From positions 4,464,001 to 4,528,000 of the forward strand of contig OZ116711.1 of NCBI GenBank assembly GCA_964199315.1: a DNA stretch of 64,000 bases. Direction: 5' to 3'. The translations under genes and the position numbers were made by a program. This DNA comes from Orbicella franksi. Its lineage: Eukaryota. Below the pieces are notes generated by a model. It ran no database searches. It saw only the letters and a program-made list of their open reading frames with translations, and was not told the origin of the DNA. Each line of letters opens with the position of its first letter. Position 1 is the first letter of the stretch. This document shows positions 53,501 to 64,000 of this stretch, in pieces.

Positions 53501-53569
53501 GCAACTTCTGGGTATGGAATATCATCACCCTCTAGTCGAGCACCAAAGAACATTTTTGATGACTTATAA
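44552..53569 (+). CDS. LMBRD2: LMBR1 domain-containing protein 2, 699 aa. Exons 44552-44725, 44990-45195, 45941-46108, 47265-47475, 47580-47654, 48269-48441, 48941-49012, 49423-49475, 49772-49953, 50735-50868, 51272-51380, 51912-52113, 52635-52678, 53273-53569
   Basis: [105 protein letters not shown]. 2100-bp CDS with all phases consistent. Confidence 0.95.
46952..47247 (+). mobile_element. Full-length young tRNA-derived SINE inserted in the 3' splice site of LMBRD2 intron 3
   Basis: A-box TGGCCTCATGG, B-box GGTTCGAGCCC, intact CpGs, perfect 15-bp TSD TCTTTTGATTATTCT (46937-46951 and 47248-47262). Confidence 0.92.
49536..49719. mobile_element. Palindromic Harbinger-type MITE in LMBRD2 intron
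   Basis: GGGTGCATTCCTTTGGGGTGAT...ATCACCCAAAAGGAACACGCCC with long internal inverted arms (GGATCAGTGATCCA/TGGATCACTGATCC), flanked by TAA/TTA. Confidence 0.75.
52896..53072 (+). mobile_element. Older, internally deleted copy of the 46952 SINE
   Basis: Aligns to the 46952 copy with CpG sites converted to TG/CA (GGAGGCGCAG>GGAGGTGCAG; GCGCTCGTCTCCGGATCG>GCACTTGTCTCTGGATCA). Confidence 0.85.
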
Positions 53570-54192
53570 CACAAGGAATTTGACATGAACATGTAATTCC
53601 TGAGAGTTATTTAGATCTAATTTCTCTTTGCAACATAAACAAATTGCCAAGCAAAAAGGTAATTACAATGAAGATAACCATTGAATTATCAGGATATAAA
53701 TACAGCAAATTCTATGATTTTGATGCAGCAACAAATTCTCATAAGTAGTGTGACAAGAAGTGTTATAGTATTCAGTAAGGAGCATTGATATTCTAATGAG
53801 CTTGGTTACAAAAGGGCAAAACTTTAATTAATATGTAGAGAGGGTTGGTAATTCTTACTGGTAATAACATTTTTAAATGTAACTTCACTTGGCTAATTAA
53901 ACATTTGATAACTATTTATGAAATAACATCTGTTACCTAAGGTTTAGTGAACTTTTGCTGTATGGACAACAAAGAAATAACTGAAAATGTATATAAGCGC
54001 TACTGTCAATTTTTTTTCAATTTAGGTGAACCTGATTAACATGACTAAAGTGAATTGTTGTTTTGGAATTTATTTGTCCCCCTGTAAGGTTTTTCCTGTT
54101 CCTTTGCATCCCTTCTGATACATAAAAGTGGTTAAAAATGTCGTTGTATACTGGACAAATAGGTAGTTATTGTCAAAGCACATGTAGACATG

Positions 54193-54370
54193 CAGGGGTT
54201 TCATTAACATTTTTACCACAAGGGTAAACTGGTTTTCACTGATGGGCAAAACATTTTGAACTGAACTTCTTTAAAAGAAGAACTTTCCTCCAGATGGTCA
54301 AACCAGGTGGGCAAAATCGGCTGCACAGTGGATCAAGTTGCCCAGTGCCCAGCCCTTAATTAAACCCCTG
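54193..54370. mobile_element. MITE CAGGGGTTT...AAACCCCTG, copy 2, in the LMBRD2 3' flank
   Basis: TIRs plus flanking direct repeat GACATG (54187-54192, 54371-54376). Homologous to 5848-6022. Confidence 0.75.
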
Positions 54371-55538
54371 GACATGAGTTGTAAATTTTGCATTAGTCTA
54401 ATCTATGATTTGTTTAGCGGCATTTGTAGCAGTAAGCAGGAACGACAATGCATTGTTAAATTTGAGATGTAACACTTGACTGTTTTAATGGGTTTTTATT
54501 AATTCAACTTCTTTTGACAAGGTTAGAAATGAACGTCATCTTGATAACTTTTTACCACTAACAGTAACATGATCACTTGTAGTTAATAGTTAAACTGTAA
54601 GTAACTTTGTTTTAAGTGGATTAAAAACCTTACAGAACACCAAGTGATATAATTGTAAAATGTTTGTGATTGTATTTATTTATAACTTAGCAAGCATGGA
54701 ACATTTTGCTGTTCAATAAAGATATTTGAAATGCATATTTTTGACACCTTCCTGTGATGACTTGTTTGTTTGGACAGTACATGCACACCAAAATGGGACT
54801 TTCAGATGTCTCTTTGTTACATGTAGGAGCTGTTTGTGATGAAACAATAAATTGCTAGAGGTTTTTTTTCTTATTATTTCAGTATGAAATTTTCAGTATG
54901 AGGCCCTTTGGCCTCATTATGCAATCTTTCAGGAAGATTGCATGATGAGCCCAAAGAGCATCTGCATTGAAGCTTATGTGAATGATAGGCAAACAAAATT
55001 ATATTAAATAAGTATGGGATTCCAAAACTAACCTGCAATGAAGTTTTTTCGAATGGCCATAGTGGGAAATTTAAAGGAATGATGTAAAAAATTAATTGTT
55101 TTAAAAAATAATCTTCCAAGCTTCATCACTGACTATAAAAAATGTGGAAAAATTTTCATTTCAAAAAAATAACCATTTCTCTTGTAATATCCATTGCATG
55201 TAATATTTTTACAAATTTCTAAAATGTTTGTTCTTACAATATAATGATGTACACAAATCCTTTTATATTAAATTGCAAATAACTACGTTCAATAAAAATT
55301 GTGAGGTCTGTTTTCTTTAAATACCTCAAATTAAAACCTGATTGCTTTAATTTTTTTTTTAATTGAGAGGCAAAGCCCAAAACATTTTCCTAAAACTGTA
55401 CATTAAAACAGGGATTAATTTTTTGCCTCTCTAACTTTTGTTTTGAACAAAACCAAAACACTTTGAAGTAGAGGTAAATTCTTCTAATTCTTCTAACTAT
55501 TAAGAAAACCAGAACATTAGTAAGGAGATTTTGAAGAT

Positions 55539-58500
55539 CTATCCTTTGCATTGCACACCCCAGATTGTCCCATAGTACACAGATCCAACTGGCCTGGCAA
55601 TCATTGAGAAAAATGACTTGTTCACAGTGATGTTTGGAATTTCTGCCCTTAAGACCTCAATTCCTTCTGTGTTAAGAAGACCAAAGATCTGTAGTGTTTT
55701 GAGAGATTTCATCTGTGAGAAGGAACTAAACAGAAAATATGCAGTCAGTATAGAGTATTGAATGGTTGAAGCAAGGAAGCATTGACTCATTTGTCAAGTT
55801 ATCCTGCGGGTAGGTTCATGTTTAGGGAGCTCACATGTCAGTGGCGAAGTGCTTCCTCTTTGTTCTTGCGTGACTAAAAGGTGAGCCTGTTCACAGGCAA
55901 CTGTAGGGTATACCTGTTGCACTTCGCCTCCCCTTCTATGTTCAATGTTGAGCTTTTACCAGTCTCAATCTAACAAGATTGTACTTGGTTTTGTTTTCAA
56001 TTTTCAGTGTTCGACCACGTTTCAAACACCTTAAGTTCTCCAAAACTACTCCAATGCTCTTTGTATTTTCATCTCTCTTCTCAGTGTTTGGAATTGTTTA
56101 CTACATCCTTTTAATTCTGTGGATATCCAAGCCACATACTCAAGTACCATACCTGGTCAAACACTGGTGAAATGATTGTTGATTATATTTCCAGGAAAGG
56201 AACTGAGTTTTACCTGAAAGCCATTGGCGGGATGTTGTAACATCGGCTAAGGCCTAGATGAACCAAGTGCTTTAGTTTGATAATTTCATCTAAAGACCTT
56301 GCAGTCAACAAAACTCCATCACTGAAAGATTGAAGAATTAATAATTAATATGAAATTTGCTGTCAATGGCTCAGTTATAGGTGTCCTGTGTCCATATTCT
56401 ACAGACAAGGATGTAGCTAAGAAAACACTGAGATGGCTTGTTAACCATCCCAGACAGCTTTCTAGAATTTGCACCATCAAAGTTTACGCCTGGCCCAGTT
56501 TTGAGCTGGTTATAAGCTTGCTTTCACAGGGTTGGCCACCCAACATAAAATGAAAAAAATTCCCTGACTTCCCTGACTGTAATGTGATTTTTACTGACCA
56601 TGCAGGAAGATTATTCTGCCTATGAATCAACAAAATTCAAGATGGTTTATTTCCCTGGTAACCTGAAAGTAAAATTCCCTGACTTTAATGATTTTGAACA
56701 GGAATTTGGAAAATCCCAGACTTGGTACCTTGAAAAAATTTGATTTTCTCTGACAGTGGCATCCTTGTACAGGTGTCCACAGAGAAAGGCTTGAATGTAG
56801 AGAACACCAATAAACAAAAATAAAATAGTAAACAGTTTTCAAAATGTGATAGTAAAATTCTTACCTGATGTCTAAATGTGTCAAATGAGGACATGATTTG
56901 ACAAGCTGTTTGATACCTGGTGATTAACGAAAAATGGATTCATTCTAAACTGTAGTAATCATAGCAGGTAATACATCGTCATACACACAGTGGTCAAGAT
57001 TTATATTCCAAGGTAACTTCCTTTCTTTGGCAGTAAAGAAATTCCACTGCCCAGGGAAGAGGATCGAAGGGTAAAGAGGAGGCAGGTAACAAGGCCCTGC
57101 TATTACTCCAGACTTCTCTCTTACCTGTGCACATTCTTGATTTGCTCCTTTGCTAAAATCAAAAGGAGTTTCATGGTGCAAAGAAAAATGGACTTTGTAG
57201 CTCAGCCTTACTGGATGGTCACCCTAACACATTCACTCACATAACGTACCTTTAACTAGCGTAAAACATGTAAGACTATAATTGTTACTACCTAATGGGC
57301 TAATGAGAAAAGTAAAGTTTGGAATGTCTTTGCCCAGGAACAAAACCATTTGACCTTCATAGGATTTACCAAACCAGAGTTCATTCAAGCCTGGTTCACA
57401 CTTGTGAGATAAGCACAATCTTAAACACAAGCACAAGCATGTTCACACTAGCAACATATGCATGCACAGCATGAATCACATTGCAATTAGTTGAATTCTT
57501 GTGCTTATGCTTGTGCTTACAGGTACATTTGCACTTACGCCTCTGCTTATCTCACAAGCTAAGTGTGAATCAGGCTTCAATGAAATGCCCCCTTTATACC
57601 TCTGACCGACAATACAGAAAATCTTGATCAACTTACAGTCATCTGTGAGAGTTTCTCTACATCCACTGAGGTTAAGTTGTTGAAGCTTTGGTAAATTTTT
57701 TATAATCTGCAAAAACAAATAACCATCAAATTTTGTCTACAGCAAACTATTATTGACTTTAAAACGTTTTTAGCCTGGCATTTGTATCAAAAAACTCTTC
57801 CTTTTGCAAGTGTTTGATCTCTATTTATTTCTGATGATAATTAATTGCAGGATGTCTGTGATTATTTAGTAGTAGCCACTCAGCTGTATTCTATTGGAAA
57901 CCTGTAAATCTGAGCGGTTCTCTTGAGCATCATTTTCTATTCACTGATAGATAGTGATTGCATTCATGATACACAAAATAATAGGTGTTGTACGGTAATC
58001 CTTTAGAGTGTGTACTAAAACTGTTACAATAGACTAATCACCCTCCTTTTCTGTGAGCGATATAGTCAGCTCGGCTACGCCATATTGACTATTTAAGCAA
58101 TAGAAAACTCAGGCTTGTAGTCTAATTATTAATTATAAATAGTTTGTAGTTCAGTATGGTTAGCATGTAATCTAACTTATTTATAAATTACAAAAAATAA
58201 CCTGTAAAATTGTTGCCTTAGTTAGGTTTGTCCATGATAAGTTCAACTGCTTGAGTCTGAAAGCAAATAAAAAAAAAAACAAACATCACTGCTAGCAAGT
58301 TCATCACAAGTCATTGTTTGTATCAGTTTTGCTTTATTTTCCTGTACCAGGCTTAATTCCAAGGACTTTATTCAAGTATTGTAAGCCAGAAAATGATATA
58401 AAAAGTAACTTTTCATTGATAATTGTTGCTTTACAAGAGATGTTGACATTATATTTTTATAATGAAATCACAATTGCAGCAAAACTTATTATTGAACAAA

Positions 58501-61500
58501 ACACATTTTTTATTATAATCTATAGTGACTGTCTTACCTGTGGTTTTTTCCACCTTTCACTAAGGAACTCATTCCAGTGATTGTGACACCAGTACACATG
58601 GCGAGATTTAGAACCTCAAGCTTGCGGAGTTCACTGATAGCTCTGAAAAGTTGTAACATTTTAATTTGTGATCGGAAGGGGGCTGAATTCTTGAGGTCTG
58701 AGGTGTACTGTATGCCAGTGTTCTCATTTGGTGCCATAAAATTGTGAAATCATCCCTAATAAAAAACTGTTTCTTTCTGAAGCAGGAGCAGGGCTGTCAA
58801 AAGGGCTGTATCCTGTGACACCTGTTACAGCTAAGTATGACTGACAGGCCCTTGATGTTGTGGGTGAAGTTGTCCATTGTAGATATAATTCACCCAAAAG
58901 CAATAAGCTTGTTACAGGTGTGAAGATCAAGGCAGCAGTTGACTCAAAACCTTATGACAGCACTGAGGAGTACATACTACCCTCCCTGGTTTAGATTTAC
59001 GAGATCCCCCATATTCACCCTACTAGATTGGATGTTAGTTTGTCCCCACCCTAGCAAGAATTTTATGAGATCTCCCTGTACTCTCTCACCTCCTGGGTTA
59101 GATGTTAGTTCACCCCCAACCCCATCAAGAATTTCATGCAATCTCCCCATACTCACCCCCCTGTATTAGATGTTAGCTTACCCCACCAAGTATTTTACGA
59201 GATTTCCCAATACTCACCCCCTTGGATTGGGTGTTAGTTTACCCCCCACCCCCACAAAGTATTTTATGAGATTTCCCTCAAGGCAGAGCTGATCTCAATA
59301 GGAGTTAGAAACTCACTTAAGTACACTTGTAGAGACATTGCAGGACTCCAAACTGATGTGGGTAAGCTGTTTTGAGTGCTGAAAAAAAGATTTAAAAAAA
59401 GTGAGGAAAGACCTGTACATGTACTGAAAAACCTTTTATTTTTGGGAGGACTGGAAGAAAGGAAATTCAACTTAACTTAAATGTACTTACCAAGAGAAGG
59501 CACAAAAGCGTGTCATTTTGAAAACTGCAAGAAGTAGCATCTAGGTACCTCAGGCTGAACATTGATTCACTAAAATATGAAAAACACAACTTGTTAGTGA
59601 AACTCTTTATTCTCAAGTGTGATAACGGAGTAATTTCTCCTTAAAATGAAGCTAGGGTCCAAAAAAGGTTTACGATAGTTTTTGTATTCCCATGTTTGTT
59701 TTGTTATACTGACTAGGCCTATATTGTTCCCAAAAACATTCCCTATAAACATTACACCTGAATAACCAATTTCAGTATAAAATATGGCTTAACAATAATT
59801 ATTATAGAGATAAATATACACTGTATATGTGTACACCGCCCACAATGAATATGTTCAATTGGTGTTAATTCAGTTTTAGAATACATGAGTATTTGTCCAC
59901 TTGTAAAATTAAAATTTTGTGTCCCTTCTTTTCTAAATCTAACACTTTTTTATGTTGATTATAATAGTTTTCTACTTTTCCTATTTTACCTTGGTGACTT
60001 TGGTGAAAGAGGAACTACATCAGAGAAGAACAAAGCATTTTCATCACATATGGGTGAGGCAACCTGAAAAGAGGTGTATAAAACAAATTAACCAAGGCAT
60101 TAAATATTGTAGAAAGTGTATAACATTCCAGTCTGAAACAAACAAACAAACAAACAAATATTAGCTCATGCAAAGCTAACCTTTCATGGAAGGATTTGCT
60201 GGCAGGCAATGAAATTCAACCCAGTTTCTGAGCTCTCACATTTGACTAGAGACATTCAAAAACTGGTAACATTTTAAGTTGTCGTCCATCTCATTTAGAT
60301 GGTGTGACAAATAAAATAATCAGGACTATAATGATTTCTATATTCTCACCTTTGCCTGGGCTAAGCGCAAGACTCTAGTTCCTCTTTTTAGTACTTTTCC
60401 TAATAATCCTGGTAAAAGGTTCGCCTTTGACATGTCAACATGTCGCCAAAGGCTTTCATCATATCTGAAATTAATTTAAAACTATTTATTATGATTTACC
60501 ATTTTTTCTTGAAATTTCACTGCAACATAACAAATTTACATTATTTTACACTTAACCCTTCAGACTCAAATTGATGATGTGTTTTTCCAGAAAATACCAG
60601 TTACCAATGAGCCAAGGAGGGTTATTGGAAATTTCAGTGGGGAGGGGTGGTCTCAAGAGCTAAAATTTTTAAAGGAAAGTATGAACCAAAACTGGAATTT
60701 CCAGAGAGATTGGTAGAGAGGGGAGAGTTTCAAACCAAAAACCTCTCTATGGGAGGGGTATGGGTATTTTCTGGAACAGCTCAATCTGCCCTTCAAGACT
60801 GGGGAGAGACTAAGACTAAGACTGCTTGGAAGAGTTTTGAGATTGTAACAATCTCACTATTCTACTTACGCCAGGCGTTGCCAGTGTCTGCAGACTCGTG
60901 CACATTTGACCACTGTTTTCTTGTGCAAGAATTGGAAGATTGAGAGAATTATTTCATCTGATAATGACATCCAGTAATCTACAATGTAAAATATGAAAGA
61001 TTAAAATCTTATGATCAGTCAAAGGAAATTAAAGGTAGAGAGAAAAAACTTCAATTTAAGGATTGTAGCTGGTTATATGTGCATTTTGACTGTTGGATTT
61101 CTTTTAGCTTCATCAGTCAGATCATGTGTACCAAAGGCATCTGGGTTGAGTGTTGATCAATACCTTCAATCAATACCCTTAATTGACATCTCAATTGATA
61201 TTCGGTTGACATCATGATCAATACTTGGTCAACACTCGATTGACACTTTATCAACAGTCGGATGCCTTTACTACACAGGTCTTCCAAGAGACAAGCTATA
61301 GCTGAGAGATTTGGCTGAGAGATTTTCAGGAACAGGCCAAGTATGCATGCAAATGGCCTCATAAACAATAAAGGAGAAAAGTAGTTCCTCTTTAATTTTC
61401 TTTTTTCCTCTCATCGCTCTACATCTTCATTTCTTCACAAGCCTTCTAACCACTTCCTAGCTAGTTGGAAATAATTTCCTTAAAGAGAAAGATAATTGCT

Positions 61501-63789
61501 ACTTTATGCAAAACGTTCTTGCAAAAGTTCTTTTTACTGTAAACACCATGCCCCACAATCATGCAAATTATGACACACATTTGAATCACATGAAAAACCT
61601 GTCAGTTTTTCAAGTTTGTGGTTTATTATTATCCCTTTGGTGTTTTTCTATCTTAGTAGACTACTATTTGCAGGATTCCTTTAATTCAAAGGTTATTTTG
61701 TATGTGACCAAAATTAACTCAAAATACTGTGACTAAGCTCCTTTAAGCACTAGCTGAAACATCTTGAAGATAAACCATATTTTCAGTTATTTTATCAAAC
61801 CTTACTTGAAGTGGTTTGCTTAGCACTCTTGTTAGCCACAATATTTTCTTGTCTGTTATCTGTACAGTCTGCACACCCCTCCCCGCTCTGTCCATTTATC
61901 CAACTTCTGCTGTATGATGATGACAAACCACTTGCTACTAAAGACGATGTTTTACCCCAGTGACTTACAACAAACTTGTGACTGGGAGCCTGGCAACATG
62001 AAAAAAAATTATAATTACATAACAGTCAAACCACTGTATGATTTGTGTACCTTAATACTTACTTTGACATCACATGCTGATCATTGTGTTTTCATTAGGG
62101 ATGAACCATTATTTTTTTGAGGGGAGGGGGGAGGGTGGGCAATTTCCAAAGAAAAATTCCTTCACAGCAAAAACTACCGAAAAAAAATTGTTCAAAAGGA
62201 GCTAAATCAAGAAAAAAATCAAGCAAGTGATTTCTACTATCCAGGTCCTATTTTTGATGTTACATAAATTCTTTCACAAGCTACAAAAAAAAAAAAATCA
62301 TGCACAACCTTAAGGTGAGAAAATAAATTCACGCCCCAGAAAATTGCCCAATCACCTCCCTGCCCTGAAAAAAAATAGTGGTCTATCCCTCACTCAGTTA
62401 CCGGTAGTTTGAGGCGGTGAATTTCTTTTATTTGTTCCAATATATACAGTGCATGTGTTTTTAGTGAATCTCCTGGTTTCAATAGAGATCCTCCAGTCTG
62501 TTTGCAAGATCTCTGATTTGAAGTTTGCACGCAATGGCAGGTATCCAAATCCCATTCATAATATATTTAACAAATATATTCCATGTTGCCGTGCGTCTGT
62601 TCAGTAATAGATCACAGATGACGTAAAAATGTGGTAAGAACAAAAAAGTGTCACACGGGGCAATAGCCGAGTGTGTAACTGATGTTCTTACCACATTTTG
62701 ATGTCTTCTGTGATCAATTACTGAACAGACGCACTGCAAACAAAACAAAATAAAAGTGGCGTCATCTATGCATCTGTCATACAGTCTGTAGTTCAACTTA
62801 GCATATAAAAAACTATTTAGTTTTAAGCCATGTTAAAAAATTGAATGTATAAAATTACTCAAAACAAGCTTTGATAAGCTTGGATGTATGTTTCATGGGA
62901 TGTTCAAGTGGATTATGAGCAACTGTTTTTTTTTATAAGACAGTTTTAGCCATGTTTTATAACTTTTATAGTGTAAACATGTTCAGGTTTTGGTTTGAGA
63001 CCCTTAAAAGATAAGCTGGGCCTTTGTGTTTTGTTGAAGCAGCTGTTAAATTTAAATAAAACATTGTAATTTTTAATGTTGTCTTGTTTTCTTAGCTTTT
63101 ACGAGAAAACCAATCTGAGGTATCGATATTGTTTGTTTGCATTCTATAGTCACTTGTCTAGCTACATTCGTACACACATACTTTATATTGAATCGAGAGT
63201 GAAGGAATATATGGACAAACAACTGAAGTACGTTTTTAAAAACATCAGAAGCATTCGCTCAGCTTTTGACAAGAAATCCACAGATATCCCTTTATCCATA
63301 CAATACACTGTTATCACTAATCAATAGGCACTTTATACGTAAAGAAAACAACAAAGTGCACCATCATAATCTATATTGCACCAGGGAGCCAAATATAAAC
63401 TAAATTAAATGGCGGGAAAGTTTGCGAATACCTCCCTGCTAAAACCAAATGTTTTAATGGAACAGCGGTTTCTTATTTAAAGATAAATTTTCTCGCTCTG
63501 GGTATTCATTCATAAGATTCTTACTTACCAGAAGAATGGAGCGTCGACTGAGTGGATTTACTCTCACGATTTCTTGGCTAAGCTCTCGTTCATCTTCAGC
63601 AGGCCAGTGCAGTTCAGTGCAGCCGAGATCTTTGTATGAGGAATTGTCCTTCGAACTGCAAAAAGGCCAAGGTAGCATTGAACTTCTCGTCTCAACTGCA
63701 TCCTTATTTCGCTGTAATTCTGAATCTCACCTGGTTTTCGCGGAAGCTTTACGATTTTTCCTCCGATCTCTCGTTCGCACGGCTGCCAT
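55539..63789 (-). CDS. SKP2: S-phase kinase-associated protein 2 (F-box/LRR), 461 aa. Exons 63731-63789, 63529-63655, 61806-61989, 60870-60978, 60350-60464, 59990-60063, 59491-59569, 59317-59378, 58538-58642, 58202-58256, 57637-57706, 56865-56916, 56214-56321, 55539-55725
   Basis: F-box LSDEIILSIFQFL...ARVCRHWQRLAYDESLWRHVD, LRRs (LEVLNLAMC, LKQLNLSW, LQQLNLSGCRE, HLGLSRCY), SKP2-specific tail LKTLQIFG...FSMIARP...IWGVQC. Phases consistent; the N-terminal exons are less certain. Confidence 0.9.
57388..57576. mobile_element. PIF/Harbinger-type MITE in SKP2 intron
   Basis: TIRs AGCCTGGTTCACACTT / AAGTGTGAATCAGGCT, TCA direct repeat both sides, internal GCACAA/GCTTAT repeats. Confidence 0.75.
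58995..59278. repeat. Degenerate minisatellite, about 60-70-bp unit, about 4.5 copies
   Basis: G(A/G)TGTTAG(T/C)T at 59031, 59101, 59169, 59230, with recurring ACTCACCCC and AAG.ATTTTA.GAGAT.TCCC. Confidence 0.8.
62578..62740. repeat. Palindromic MITE in SKP2 intron
   Basis: Inverted arms GTGCGTCTGTTCAGTAAT / ATTACTGAACAGACGCAC and ATGTGGTAAGAAC / GTTCTTACCACAT. Confidence 0.75.
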
Positions 63790-64000
63790 CGCACACAATC
63801 GAAGACAAATTTCCCGCTCTGGAGCAAACAACGAATGAACAACAAACAGGTATTCACCGGAGCGAGGTAAGAGGAGTGGATGAGGAACTGGGTCGAAACA
63901 GAGTCGAGGCGGAAATATGGAACTGGAACGGACTAATAAAGACGGAATATTATCGTCTCTGAGTCATACTGTTGTTGATGGCAGGTCATGGAAACATCCT

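Noticed and set aside
62402-62567. Stop-free minus-strand stretch with a donor, a possible extra SKP2 exon
   Set aside because: No convincing acceptor or homology, and the flanking exons already join in phase.
63917-64000. ATG-initiated plus-strand frame (MELERTNKDG...) divergent from SKP2
   Set aside because: Only 28 codons before the window end and unrecognisable. Cannot be supported.

Overview
Gene-rich AT-rich animal DNA. The histone sequences and repeat families point to an anthozoan, probably a stony coral (inferred, not proven). Left to right: RB1CC1/FIP200 (-, 17 coding exons rebuilt by hand, 3' end outside the window); an intronless, divergent SAM synthetase (MAT, -) with an apparent mitochondrial presequence; head-to-head with it (430 bp between ATGs) an intronless 1750-aa NALCN with an EEEE filter; a single H2B-H2A-H4-H3-H1 histone unit with five identical non-canonical stem-loops, preceded by a decayed H3 3'-end relic; HCCS (+); a CxxC-less PDI-like ER protein ending in GDEL (-); LMBRD2 (+); SKP2 (-). 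Introns and spacers carry many SINEs and MITEs. Best candidate for new biology is the mitochondria-targeted MAT paralog sharing a compact divergent promoter with the EEEE NALCN. Exon models were checked for GT-AG ends and phase continuity. Homology calls come from recalled sequences, not database searches.
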